A stretch of 64,000 nucleotides of DNA from Candidatus Poribacteria bacterium. Its GTDB lineage: Bacteria > Poribacteria > WGA-4E > WGA-3G. This document shows, piece after piece, positions 30,400 through 40,992 of this stretch. The stretch is from NCBI GenBank assembly GCA_963663765.2, contig CAXXUA010000005.1, positions 128,001 through 192,000 on the forward strand, in the 5' to 3' direction. Position 1 is the first letter of the stretch, and each line of letters opens with the position of its first letter. A program made the position numbers and the translations under genes. The notes under the pieces are model-generated. The model saw nothing but the letters and a program-made list of their open reading frames with translations, had not been told where the DNA came from and searched no databases.

Positions 30400-33048
30400 C
30401 TACTTCAAGATGACAAGTCGTCGGGTTTGCTGGAAAGATGGTGTCTCTAACTTGTAAAAATAGACTCCACTTGCGACACTTTCACCTAAAGCATTTTTGC
30501 CATCCCAATAAGCAGCACGTTCCCGACTATTATAAAAGCCTGCGGATTGATTACCAAGTGACAGTTTACGTATCACCTTACCTGTTGAATCATAAATGGA
30601 AACCGATATAGAACTGTCTTGTGCAAGTTGATATGGAATCCACGTCTCTGGATTAAACGGATTCGGATAGTTTTGTAATAGTTTGTTCTGTAGCGGTTTA
30701 CCGATGCTATCAAACTTGACAGATAATAGTGCGTTAGTCAAGTTCTCAGGCGTCACCTTAATTTTGAGAGTTTGTGATTCAACATTCCCATCCGGTCCGA
30801 TGACGCGTGCTTCAATTACATCTCCGACTTTGACAACACTTCGTCGGGCTAAGTCAGCAGTTGCAGCAGCGAAGTAATTACCATGCACCGATGTAGTTAT
30901 GATAGTATTTGTTCTCAGGTTACGGACGATGACTTTGTACCCGTCAAACGTTGGATTACCATTCAAGTGACCACTTACCACGAATGCCCATGTTTCCTGT
31001 TTCTGGGATATGGCAGGTGCAGCAGCAGCTTCCTCCGTTTGATTTGTCCAACGTGATCCTACGAATGCAAAATTCCGGGGTTGTGGGACATTGACGATAT
31101 AGCCTTTTCCACCTTCAACTGAGAATCCATCATTAGGTGCACTTGGTGTCCAACCAATAAACTGTTGATTCTTAGCATCAAGTGCTATGACAACTGTCGC
31201 ACCAGAAATCCCTGCAAGTGATTTTGCAGTCATCGGTTTTGGTGATGCTAAAGGCAAAGAAAGCATGTTCAACCCCTTCGTTAACGTAACGTTGAAGATG
31301 TTGCTAAAAAGATCGCTCTCTTCCTTCGTGCCGAGTCTGGCGATAAACCCGTGTCTGCGTCCATCCGTTGAGTCATAATGTCCAACGACAGAACCGTCCT
31401 GATTGATATTCCAACCCTCTGTGCTAACAGCACCCGGAAACTGCAATTCTTTTAGGTTGAGGGGGCTGCCGATGTATGTGCGCGGGACATCTCCCACCGC
31501 TTTCGCTCTGCCAACGACACTTCTTGACTCGTTGAGACCATGAAGAAAAAAGTACTCAAGATTTAGTGCGTTTGGAAGGTCAATAGCTAGAAATCTACCT
31601 ATAGAACTACGCATGTATGCATGATATATGCCTTCAGCATCCACGTAACTACCAACGATATGACCTGTCCAACTCACAAAATCGGCATAAGTTTCCGGTG
31701 CTCCAGGCACCTCAACTATTATGTCCCCTGAGAAGCCGCGGCGAATACCAGAAGCATCTATAAAAGTACCCGTCAGTGCCCCCGTTGCATCACTATACCC
31801 GTATATCTCCGTTTCGACAGCACCGGGAAAATCGTATTGACGCAACTCATCATTTTCTAAGACGACACCATGGAATAAGCCGTCGCTATCTTCGTAGTGG
31901 CCTGCAGCTTCTCCATTATTTCCGAACGCATAAAAATAAGTGTTCTTTGAACCCGGGAATTCGTAGGTCGTAAAAACACCTTTTATGAGCGTAAAGCCGA
32001 CTATTTTTTCGCCATCAGGACTTCGCGTGTTTCCTGCGTAATCACCAAAATCGCTGCTTGCTGTCACCCCAAGAAATTCTACACCTGGAACATCAATCGT
32101 CTCAAATGTAAAGTTTAGGTCAGGAGGAGGTCTCACAGCAGTCGGTTGTAAAGGTCTGGCAATAAATCCGTGTGTACGTCCATCGGCTGAGGTATAGTGT
32201 CCTACGACAGAACTATCCTGATTGATATTCCACCCTTCCGTACTAACGCTATCCGGAACCTTAAATTCTTGTAGAGCGACGGGGTTACCGACAAAGGTTA
32301 GCGGGACACCGTCGACTGCTTTCGCTCTGCCGACGGCAACCAGAGCATCGTTGATACCGTGCAGAAAGAAGTATTCCATATTTGGTATTACTGGAATACC
32401 CAGAGTTGCAAAACTACCTCCGGGTCCACGCAAGTATGCATGGTATGTACCTTCAGCATCCACGTAACTCCCCACGATATTATCCAATCCGCTAACAAAA
32501 TCGGCATAAGTTTCCGTTGCCCCCGGAAACTCAACGATTGTATCTCCTGAGAATCCACGACGAACACCAGACACATCCGTAAAATTACCTGTCAATGCCT
32601 CGCTTGAATCACTAAAGCCGTAGATCTCCGTTTGAACAGAGTTCGGGAAATCGTATTGACGCAGTTCGTCATCTTCCAAAATGACACCGTGGAAAAGACC
32701 ATCGCTATCCTCGTAGTGTCCCGCAGCGAGTCCATTATTACCGAGTGCGTAGAAATAAGTGTTCTGTGAGTCGGGAAAGTCATAAGTTGTAAAAACACCA
32801 TCAATGAGCGTAAAAGCGACGTACTTTTCACCATCAACACTCTTTGTGTAACCTGCGTAATCCTCATAGTCACTGCTTGCAGTCAATGCTAAGAATTCTA
32901 CACCTGGAACATCAATCGTCTCAAAAGTATAGTTAGCATTTGCGGGTGCGATAACTTGTGCGTCGATGCTTTGTAGGAAATAGGAATTAAGGCACATAGA
33001 CATCGTAAACATGAAAAACAAAAAACTGGTCTTATTTTGTGCATGCAA
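30400..33048 (-). CDS. Secreted repeat protein with two N-terminal modules and C-terminal FlgD-Ig/sorting-like domain
   Basis: Duplicated ~275-aa module starting (Y/F)TFETIDVPGVEFL; same C-terminal tail as neighbours. Confidence 0.8.
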   Translation of the reverse strand: MHAQNKTSFLFFMFTMSMCLNSYFLQSIDAQVIAPANANYTFETIDVPGVEFLALTASSDYEDYAGYTKSVDGEKYVAFTLIDGVFTTYDFPDSQNTYFYALGNNGLAAGHYEDSDGLFHGVILEDDELRQYDFPNSVQTEIYGFSDSSEALTGNFTDVSGVRRGFSGDTIVEFPGATETYADFVSGLDNIVGSYVDAEGTYHAYLRGPGGSFATLGIPVIPNMEYFFLHGINDALVAVGRAKAVDGVPLTFVGNPVALQEFKVPDSVSTEGWNINQDSSVVGHYTSADGRTHGFIARPLQPTAVRPPPDLNFTFETIDVPGVEFLGVTASSDFGDYAGNTRSPDGEKIVGFTLIKGVFTTYEFPGSKNTYFYAFGNNGEAAGHYEDSDGLFHGVVLENDELRQYDFPGAVETEIYGYSDATGALTGTFIDASGIRRGFSGDIIVEVPGAPETYADFVSWTGHIVGSYVDAEGIYHAYMRSSIGRFLAIDLPNALNLEYFFLHGLNESRSVVGRAKAVGDVPRTYIGSPLNLKELQFPGAVSTEGWNINQDGSVVGHYDSTDGRRHGFIARLGTKEESDLFSNIFNVTLTKGLNMLSLPLASPKPMTAKSLAGISGATVVIALDAKNQQFIGWTPSAPNDGFSVEGGKGYIVNVPQPRNFAFVGSRWTNQTEEAAAAPAISQKQETWAFVVSGHLNGNPTFDGYKVIVRNLRTNTIITTSVHGNYFAAATADLARRSVVKVGDVIEARVIGPDGNVESQTLKIKVTPENLTNALLSVKFDSIGKPLQNKLLQNYPNPFNPETWIPYQLAQDSSISVSIYDSTGKVIRKLSLGNQSAGFYNSRERAAYWDGKNALGESVASGVYFYKLETPSFQQTRRLVILK

Positions 33049-33247
33049 AATGATACCTCACTTCTTAAAGTTTTCTTAACAATAGGAATAATATTATAAA
33101 TGCCCACCCTATGCAATGATTCTTGTAGATGAAGAATTGCAAATGTGCATCCCACCATACTGTAAAAAACGAGGACTGACATAATCTGTTATATTCAGTT
33201 ATCCATAAAGTATGCCACATTTTTCTTAGAAAGCCAAGGACAATCTC

Positions 33248-33484
33248 CAGGGTTATTTAGTTTTAAGAATTATCAGTTGATGGGTGTTACTTTGAGTTTA
33301 TATCGTAGGTCCAATCAACGGTATGAATGCCTTATTGGCATTCCCGAGGTAGAGCGTATGCGAAACCCGACATGTATTGATTTTGTCTATCATGTCGTGT
33401 TTCACTCACGCTCTACCCGACCTACGAAATTAATTCCCGAATGTTATAAATATCTGCCAAAATATCTAAAACTAAATAACCCTG
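33248..33484. mobile_element. MITE family G shell with a different REP-pair cargo; 8-bp target duplication ACAATCTC
   Basis: CAGGGTTATTTAGTTTT / AAAACTAAATAACCCTG perfect ends; ACAATCTC on both flanks; micro-insert at about 33312-33346. Confidence 0.85.
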
Positions 33485-33621
33485 ACAATCTCAGTAACCG
33501 ATTTCATTTTTTCTTGATTTCTTTTCATTGGATATTTGTACTCTAAAAGAAAAACAGATTGTCACATGTTGCAAGGGAAGGTAATTCAACAGGTTTGGGA
33601 ATATACTTCTTTTTTAGGTTT

Positions 33622-33662
33622 AAAAAAGTGTCACAGTTACGCCGATAGCATAACTGTGACGC
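33622..33662 (-). terminator. Intrinsic terminator after the 33687 stop
   Basis: GTCACAGTTA...TAACTGTGAC stem plus T6 on the minus strand; related hairpin at about 30250-30285. Confidence 0.65.
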
Positions 33663-33686
33663 CAATAAGTTCGATACGGATTGACA

Positions 33687-36383
33687 CTACTTCAAGATGA
33701 CGAGTCGTCGTGTCTTGTGGAAAGATGGAGTCTCTAACTTGTAAAAATAGACACCACTTGCGACTCTTTCACCTGAAGCATTCTTGCCATCCCAATAAAC
33801 AGCGTTCCCACGACTTTGATAGAAACCTGCCGATTGGTGACCAAGCGAAAATTCTCTGACAGATTTCCCCGCAGCGTCATAAATGGATAGAGACACTACA
33901 CCCGCTTTTGCAAGATGATACGGGATCCATGTTTCAGGATTAAACGGGTTCGGATAATTTTGCAGAAGTTGACTCTGCTTCGGAGTACCGATACTATCAA
34001 GTTTCACATTCATAACAGCGCTTTCAAGATGCGTTGCATTTACAGTGTAACTATATTTTTCTGAAACTATATTTCCATTCATATCTGAGACGGTTATTTC
34101 AAGCTTGTCACCGACTTCAACAACACTACGATAACTGAGATCTGCTGTGGCAGCAGCGAAGTAATTACTCCGTACCTGAGATGTCATGACAGTGTCTGTC
34201 CGCAGGTTTCTGACCTTGACGGTGTAACCAATAGCAGACTGGATACCATCTAAGTTACCACTAACAACGAATGCCCACGCATTTCGTAAAGTATTCTTGG
34301 CTATTGAAGGTGCTGCTGCGACCTGCGGTCGATCTATCCATCGTGATCCAACGAATGCAAAATTCCGATCTTCGGGAACGTTGACGATGTAACCTTGACC
34401 GCCCTCAATTTTAAAACCCGCATCGGGGGCACTTGGAGTCCAACCAACAAAACGCTGGTTTGCAGCATCAAGTCTGATAATCGTTGTTGCACCTGTTAAT
34501 GCTACAAGGCTCTTGGCACTCATCGGTGTTGGTGGTGCCAATGGCACAGACATCATGTTCAAACCTTTCGTCAGTGAAACATTAAAAACATTACCAAAGA
34601 AATCACTCACTGCCTCGGTCGCAGGTCTTGCGATAAACCCGTGTCTACGACCATCCGCTGATATATAATTCCCAACGATAGATCCATCCTGATTGATATT
34701 CCAACCTTCCGTGCTAACACTACCCGGGAATTGTAATTCTTGTAACCCATGCTGGACTGTGCCAACATAAGTACGCGTAATCTCATCTACCTTTTTGGCT
34801 CGACCAACGAGAGTTCCAACATCATTGATACCGTGAATAAAATAGAATTCAAACTTTGCTGCTTGTGGAAGGTCAATAGACAAAAACCTACCTTCAGCTG
34901 TCCGCGTGTATGGATGGTATATACCGTCAGCATCAATGTAGCTGCCCACCATACGACCACTTGCGTTTACAAAATCAGCGTACGTTTCCGGTGCATCTGT
35001 AAACTCAACGATTGTGTCCCCTGAGAATCCACGACGAATGCCAGAAGCATCTATATAATTACCCGTGAGTGCACCTGTCGTATCACTAATACCATAGATT
35101 TCTGTTTGGACGGCACCCGGAAAATCGTATTCGCGCAATTCACCATTTTCCAATACGACACCATGATACAGACCTTCACTATCTTCATAGTGTCCTGCAG
35201 CTTGCCCGTTATTACCGAGCGCATAGAAATACGTATTCTTAGAACCAGGAAAATCATAAGTCTTAAAAACCCCATCAATGAGCGTAAAACCTACAATTTT
35301 CTCACCTTCAGCACTCCATGTGTTACCCGCATAGTCCTCAAAGTCACTACTTGCGGTCAACTCTAAAGTCTCTACACCTGGAACATTGATACTCTCAAAA
35401 GTATACCTGGGAATAGCAGGTACGACAACGGGTTCTTCTATGTCTGTTACGGGTCTTGCAATGAAACCGTGTCTACTTCCGTCCGCTGTGTCATAGTGGC
35501 CGACAATAGAGCCATCCTGATTGATATTATACCCCTCCGTGCTAACGCTGCCCGGTACCTCGAATTCCTTTAAACCGTCCCTGAACGTTCCAACAAAAGT
35601 TTGTGGTACATCATCTATAGGTTTTGCTCGTGCAACAACGATATTTTCATCGTTGATACCATGCACAAAAAAGTATTCCAGTTGCGCTGCTCTTGGAAGG
35701 TCAATAGATACAAACCTACCAGTCGGGGTACGGACATAAGGATGAAATATACCGTCAGCATCAACATAACTACCCACCATACCACCACTTGAATTCACAA
35801 AATCGGCATAAGTTTCAATTGCTCCAGGATACTCAACAATAGTATCCCCTGAGAATCCACGACGAATACCAGAAGCATCTATATAATTACCCGTTAACGC
35901 ACCTGTCGCATCACTAATACCGAAGATTTCTGTTTGGACAGCACCCGGAAAATCGTATTGACGCAACTCACCATTTTCTAAGACGACACCATGGAACAGT
36001 CCTTCGCTATCTTCATAGTGTCCAGCAGCATTCCCGTTGTTTCCGACCGCATAGAAATATGTATTCTTCGCTCCTTGGAAATCATACGTCGTAAAAACCC
36101 CATCAATCAGCGTAAAAGCGACTTCTTTTTCACTATCAGCATTTCGCGTGTAACCCGCGTAATCCTCAAAATCACTACTCGCAGTCACCGCTAAAAAATC
36201 TACACCTGGAACATCAATTGTCTCAAAATTATAGTCCTCATCGACAGATATGAGAACAGGTACTGGAACGTCTTGTGCATCAACATTCGCTATGAACAAG
36301 GAAGTATTGCACATAAACAATGTAAACACACAAAACATAATATTTTTTCTAAACCTAATTTGCATAACTGATATATCCTCCAT
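33687..36383 (-). CDS. Secreted repeat protein with two N-terminal modules and C-terminal FlgD-Ig/sorting-like domain
   Basis: Same architecture as 30400-33048; start could be the second Met (MQIRF). Confidence 0.8.
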   Translation of the reverse strand: MEDISVMQIRFRKNIMFCVFTLFMCNTSLFIANVDAQDVPVPVLISVDEDYNFETIDVPGVDFLAVTASSDFEDYAGYTRNADSEKEVAFTLIDGVFTTYDFQGAKNTYFYAVGNNGNAAGHYEDSEGLFHGVVLENGELRQYDFPGAVQTEIFGISDATGALTGNYIDASGIRRGFSGDTIVEYPGAIETYADFVNSSGGMVGSYVDADGIFHPYVRTPTGRFVSIDLPRAAQLEYFFVHGINDENIVVARAKPIDDVPQTFVGTFRDGLKEFEVPGSVSTEGYNINQDGSIVGHYDTADGSRHGFIARPVTDIEEPVVVPAIPRYTFESINVPGVETLELTASSDFEDYAGNTWSAEGEKIVGFTLIDGVFKTYDFPGSKNTYFYALGNNGQAAGHYEDSEGLYHGVVLENGELREYDFPGAVQTEIYGISDTTGALTGNYIDASGIRRGFSGDTIVEFTDAPETYADFVNASGRMVGSYIDADGIYHPYTRTAEGRFLSIDLPQAAKFEFYFIHGINDVGTLVGRAKKVDEITRTYVGTVQHGLQELQFPGSVSTEGWNINQDGSIVGNYISADGRRHGFIARPATEAVSDFFGNVFNVSLTKGLNMMSVPLAPPTPMSAKSLVALTGATTIIRLDAANQRFVGWTPSAPDAGFKIEGGQGYIVNVPEDRNFAFVGSRWIDRPQVAAAPSIAKNTLRNAWAFVVSGNLDGIQSAIGYTVKVRNLRTDTVMTSQVRSNYFAAATADLSYRSVVEVGDKLEITVSDMNGNIVSEKYSYTVNATHLESAVMNVKLDSIGTPKQSQLLQNYPNPFNPETWIPYHLAKAGVVSLSIYDAAGKSVREFSLGHQSAGFYQSRGNAVYWDGKNASGERVASGVYFYKLETPSFHKTRRLVILK

Positions 36384-36563
36384 GGAAAATAGTAAAAGAT
36401 ATTACTATTTTCCAAATACCCATCCGTATAGTGATGTTTTCGTCTAACAATATCGTAAAATCAAAGACTGAATATTCTGGTACATTCTTACGTTCTTACA
36501 TTCTTACCTGTATATTGAAAGTATACAGCATTCGTTAAATTATGCAAGATAAATCTTTTCTTT

Positions 36564-36819
36564 CAGGGATATTCAGTTCTAAGAGTTTTCTGTTATTGAG
36601 ATTTACTGAAAGTTAATACCCAGATTCGGTTTCCTAACCGAACTTTATACATCAATTTTAGATTGTTGAAACATGAACATCGCTCTTTAGTCCCGACAAA
36701 TGCCATACGCGCATTTGGCGTTGATTTAGTAGGAACTAAAAACATGGACAAGATGGTATCACATAAATTTAATGACATAGCAAAATATTATCAATAATAT
36801 TGAAAACTGAATAACCCTA
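36564..36819. mobile_element. MITE family G, 9-bp target duplication CTTTTCTTT
   Basis: CTTTTCTTT at 36555-36563 and 36820-36828; interior co-linear with 27625-27916; contains a 34-bp micro-insert at 36695-36728. Confidence 0.85.
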
Positions 36820-36838
36820 CTTTTCTTTGTCCTTGAAT

Positions 36839-37054
36839 TATAGTGAATTGTGAAAATAATTATACATTGTAGTTAACTGCTTTGGTAGACATGCTACTTA
36901 TTTCCCCTCTTGTATTCAGTAGGAGCGATCCGCCGAATGCCCTACGCACATTCGGCGTTGATTCCTGGGAATGCCATTGGGCAAATGCGTTTATGGTATT
37001 CACCGAGTCGCTCCTATCTGTACAAGTGCGTAATTAATTCCATAATTGACCATA
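36839..37054. mobile_element. MITE family T with REP pair and two hairpin micro-inserts
   Basis: TATAGTGAATTGTGAAAATAATTATAC / GTAATTAATTCCATAATTGACCATA; GTAGGAGCGA...TCGCTCCTAT encloses CGCCGAATG...CATTCGGCGTTGATT. Confidence 0.7.
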
Positions 37055-37116
37055 ATATTAATTCCAAATGCTAATACATTCTAACCTTACCAAAAAGAAT
37101 GTATTTGTGGGAATTA

Positions 37117-38154
37117 CTACAGTTTCTCTCGGAGTAAATCCATTAGCCCATCTGGTGGGTCAAACGGAAGATCAATAATCTCGTTAGTTATGCCACTATA
37201 GTAAATGCCTAATAGCAAGTTAAACTCAGCAAGCGATTGTTTGAGATGTGTTGGATGTTCGTTTTTCTCATCATCAAGCCAGTCAAAGGCTGCTTCTGTA
37301 AGGTTACCTTGTGCTTGAATATCCTGCTCACCATAGTTGAGTGGACCACCCTCGTAACCTCCTTCATGCGTCGAACGTTCCCAACTGCTGAATCGCCAGT
37401 GTACAAAACCTTTGGTGCCGACAACAAAAACACGTTTATGTGTTACTGTGCCGCCACCCTCTGAGGCTAACGTCCCCATACCTGTGCCAAACGCAAGTGA
37501 AACGTGCAAACCATTATCGTATATTGCCTGACCCGCAGCGTGCATCGGAGATGGCTGTGCTGAATCTAATTGTTGTTTCCCCGCAATTTGGCCTAACACA
37601 CGCGTTGGACGCGAGTTATCAATGTAAGACGAAACTAATTGCAATACATGCGGTGCTTGGTCAACTGGTGTGCTCCGAGCACTGGCATCAATTAACTTGA
37701 TTTCACCAATTTTACCTTCTGCTACATCCCGCTTCAATTCAAGGTTTTTCGGGTGAAAATTTAGTTGTGTATTGACAATAAACCTTGTTTTTGTCTCTTC
37801 TGCTAATCCAGCGATCTGTTTCCAGTCTTCGCTTTCAACAGCAATCGGTTTCTCTACAATTGCCATCGGTACGCCATGATCAGAGGCTTGCTTCATCAAT
37901 GGATATCGGATACGTTGATTGGTACCACGTAACACTGGGGCAGTAACAATGTGGAGAAGATCCGGCTTCTCTTTCTCAAGCATCTCATCTAAATCTGTAT
38001 ACCGTGAAGATACATCAAATTGTTCACCGAAACTATTGAGTAGGTCTTCGTTCATATCACAGATCGCTCCGATTTTACCGCCTTTGACAAAGCGGTACGC
38101 GCTTGCATGCGCGCGGGCACGACCACCACAACCTAAAAATGCACTCTTATACAT
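37117..38154 (-). CDS. Gfo/Idh/MocA family oxidoreductase, paralogue 1
   Basis: Rossmann LGCGGRA, VEKPIA motif. Confidence 0.88.
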   Translation of the reverse strand: MYKSAFLGCGGRARAHASAYRFVKGGKIGAICDMNEDLLNSFGEQFDVSSRYTDLDEMLEKEKPDLLHIVTAPVLRGTNQRIRYPLMKQASDHGVPMAIVEKPIAVESEDWKQIAGLAEETKTRFIVNTQLNFHPKNLELKRDVAEGKIGEIKLIDASARSTPVDQAPHVLQLVSSYIDNSRPTRVLGQIAGKQQLDSAQPSPMHAAGQAIYDNGLHVSLAFGTGMGTLASEGGGTVTHKRVFVVGTKGFVHWRFSSWERSTHEGGYEGGPLNYGEQDIQAQGNLTEAAFDWLDDEKNEHPTHLKQSLAEFNLLLGIYYSGITNEIIDLPFDPPDGLMDLLREKL

Positions 38155-38177
38155 AAAATTATCTCCTTATTTTTTAT

Positions 38178-38298
38178 CAGGACTTACGCACACAACGTTA
38201 GGCGAGCTTTGTAAGCGCGCTGGAAACCTAAATAATGCTGAAATTACTTCATTTTCAGCACAATTCTTGATTAAATCATGAAAACTGTGTAAGTCCTG
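38178..38298. mobile_element. MITE family C, uninterrupted 121-bp copy
   Basis: CAGGACTTACGCA / TGTGTAAGTCCTG ends; REP arm TAGGC^GAGCTTTGTAAGCGCGC lacks the insert. Confidence 0.85.
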
Positions 38299-38419
38299 AT
38301 TTAATATTATCATTACATTACTATTATTCGTAAGTTTACAATTCATACTTATTTAGCAGAATTGAAAATATATTTGCGGCTACCGTTAAACTTTCTATAT
38401 GACAAATTAAAGACTGAAT

Positions 38420-39457
38420 TTATAACTTTTCCTTAAGTAAATTAATTAACCCATCGGGTGGATCAAACGGAAGATCGATAATTTCATTCGTAATACCACT
38501 ATAGTAGATACCCAAAAGAAGGTTGAACTCTGCAAGCGATTGTTTGAGATGTGTCGGATGTACTTTGCTTTCATCGTCGAGCCAATCAAAAACTGCCTCC
38601 GTAAGGTTTCCTTGTCCCTGAACATCCTGATCACCATAACTCAGATGACCGCTTTCGTATCCGCCTTCAAACGTAGAACGTTCCCAGATGCTAAAACCCC
38701 AATGTACAAAACCTTTCGTACCAACAACAAAGACACGTTTATGTCTAAATCTCGCAGGGCTTTCTGAGACTTTCGCCCCCATACCTGGTCCAAAAGCAAA
38801 GGAAACATGAAGTCCATTATCATATATTACCTGAGCTGCAGCATGCATCGGTGATGGTTCTGCTGAATCCAAATTTTCTCTACCAGAGATTTGCCCGAGA
38901 ACTTTCACCGGTCGCGAGTTATCAATGTAAGAGGATACCAGTTGAATTACGTGTGGTCCTTGGTTAACCGGTGTACTGCGTGCGCTTGCATCAATGAACT
39001 TCAGATCACCAATCTTACCTTCAGCGACATCTTGTTTGAGTTCAAGGTTTTTTGGATGGAAGTTCAGTTGTGTGTTCACAACAAATTTTGTTTTGGTTTC
39101 ATCTGCTAACCCAGCAATCTGTTTCCAGTCATCGCTATCAACAGCAATGGGTTTCTCTACAATTACTGCTGGTACGCCGTGATCCGATGCCCGTTTCATT
39201 AACGGATATCGAATGTGCTGATTCGTCCCGCGTAATAATGGTGCAGTGACAATATGGAGAAGATCCGGTTTTTCCTTCTCAAGCATCTCGTCTAAATCTG
39301 TATATCGAGAAGAAATCTCAAATCTATCACCAAAGTTATTGAGACGTTCTTCATTCATATCGCAGATCGCTGCAAGCTTACCACCTTTTACAAAACGATA
39401 AGCACTCGCATGACCTTTGGCCCGTCCTCCGCACCCTAAAATCGCACTTTTATACAT
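38420..39457 (-). CDS. Gfo/Idh/MocA family oxidoreductase, paralogue 2
   Basis: Same 345-aa length and motifs as neighbours. Confidence 0.88.
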   Translation of the reverse strand: MYKSAILGCGGRAKGHASAYRFVKGGKLAAICDMNEERLNNFGDRFEISSRYTDLDEMLEKEKPDLLHIVTAPLLRGTNQHIRYPLMKRASDHGVPAVIVEKPIAVDSDDWKQIAGLADETKTKFVVNTQLNFHPKNLELKQDVAEGKIGDLKFIDASARSTPVNQGPHVIQLVSSYIDNSRPVKVLGQISGRENLDSAEPSPMHAAAQVIYDNGLHVSFAFGPGMGAKVSESPARFRHKRVFVVGTKGFVHWGFSIWERSTFEGGYESGHLSYGDQDVQGQGNLTEAVFDWLDDESKVHPTHLKQSLAEFNLLLGIYYSGITNEIIDLPFDPPDGLINLLKEKL

Positions 39458-39588
39458 AGAATTGGCTCCTGATACATTTAAGTACTATCCACGCAAATCT
39501 TCCACAAACCACATATAACAATTAGCAGTAGTGGCAAACATATTCGCAGCTTCCGCTAAAAATTACATCAGACGCATCTAAAGTCGGT

Positions 39589-40626
39589 TTATAAGTTCTC
39601 TCTTAGTGAATCCATTAGTCCATTTGGTGGATCAAACGGAAGGTCAATAATTTGATTAGTTACACCGCTGTAGTACATACCTAAGAGAAGGTTGAACTCT
39701 GCAAGTGACTGTTTGAGATGTGTCGGATGAACATTATTCTCATCATCAAGCCAATCAAAGACAGCTTCAGTGAGGTTGCCTTGTGCTTGAACATCTTGTT
39801 CCCCATAGTTGAGTGGACCACCTTCATAACCGCCCTTTTGTGTAGAACGTTCCCAACTGCTAAAACGCCAATGCACGAAGCCTTCTGTTCCAATGACAAA
39901 AACGCGTTTATGGCAATAAATACCTTGATTGTCGGATGCCATCGTACCCATGCCCTGACCAAATGCCAGAGAGACATGAAGTCCATTTTCATAAATAACT
40001 TGTGCCGCCGCATGCATAGGAGAAGGTTGGGCAGAGTCCAAATGCTCCCTTCCTGAAACCTGTCCTAATACACTCACAGGTCTGGAATTATCAATATAGG
40101 AAGAAACTAACTGCAGAACATGTGGTCCCTGATCCACTGGTGTGCTCCGAGCACTGGCATCAATGAACTTAATCTCACCTATTTTGCCTTCCGAAACATC
40201 TCTCTTTAGCTCAAGATTCTGCGGATGAAAATTCAACTGTGTGTTAACAACAAACTTCGTTTTGGTTTCTTCTGCTAACCCTGCAATCTGCTTCCAGTCT
40301 TCACTTTCAACGGCAATCGGCTTTTCCACAATTGCAGCAGGCACACCGTGGTCTGATGCTCGTTTCATCAATGAGTACCGAATTCGTTCATTAGACCCGC
40401 GTAACACAGGGGCAGTCACAATATGGAGAAGATCAGGCTTCTCCTTCTCAAGCATCTCGTCTAAATCTGTATACCGAGAAGACACCTCAAATCTATCACC
40501 AAAATTATTGAGACGTTCTTCGTTCATATCACAGATCGCTGCGAGCTTACCACCTTTAACAAAGCGATAGGCACTGGCATGCCCACCTGCGCGACCACCG
40601 CACCCTAACATCGCACTTTTATACAT
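39589..40626 (-). CDS. Gfo/Idh/MocA family oxidoreductase, paralogue 3
   Basis: Same 345-aa length and motifs as neighbours. Confidence 0.88.
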   Translation of the reverse strand: MYKSAMLGCGGRAGGHASAYRFVKGGKLAAICDMNEERLNNFGDRFEVSSRYTDLDEMLEKEKPDLLHIVTAPVLRGSNERIRYSLMKRASDHGVPAAIVEKPIAVESEDWKQIAGLAEETKTKFVVNTQLNFHPQNLELKRDVSEGKIGEIKFIDASARSTPVDQGPHVLQLVSSYIDNSRPVSVLGQVSGREHLDSAQPSPMHAAAQVIYENGLHVSLAFGQGMGTMASDNQGIYCHKRVFVIGTEGFVHWRFSSWERSTQKGGYEGGPLNYGEQDVQAQGNLTEAVFDWLDDENNVHPTHLKQSLAEFNLLLGMYYSGVTNQIIDLPFDPPNGLMDSLRENL

Positions 40627-40654
40627 AAAATATCTCCAAAATTAGAAAAGTATT

Positions 40655-40793
40655 TATGGTAGATTATGGAATTAATTACACACTCGCGTTGGTAGGAGCG
40701 ACCTCCCGGTCGCGACCGTTCCTCACATTGGTAGGAGCGACCGGGAGGTCGCTCCTACCTGTGCGAGTATAATTATTTTCATATCACACCATA
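40655..40793. mobile_element. MITE family T with GGTAGGAGCGACC REP pair
   Basis: TATGGTAGATTATGGAATTAATTACACACTCGC / GCGAGTATAATTATTTTCATATCACACCATA. Confidence 0.8.
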
Positions 40794-40803
40794 GTTTGCT
40801 ATA

Positions 40804-40832
40804 AGATTAACAGAAAGATGTGTTTTTGTCAA
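40804..40832 (-). promoter_or_regulatory. Putative sigma70 promoter for the oxidoreductase cluster
   Basis: TTGACA-N17-TAATCT on the minus strand, with TG before the -10. Confidence 0.5.
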
Positions 40833-40992
40833 ATTTTATTAATTCTTTAACTTCATTAATAAAATTTGCATTGATAATTTTCACGAAAACATGTTAACAT
40901 ATTGACTAACAAGCAATTTCTGTATGTTAAACATTCTTGAAAAAGTGTACCTGTTTCTTACCACTTTCCGCTTACATTTTCGGTATAATCCT

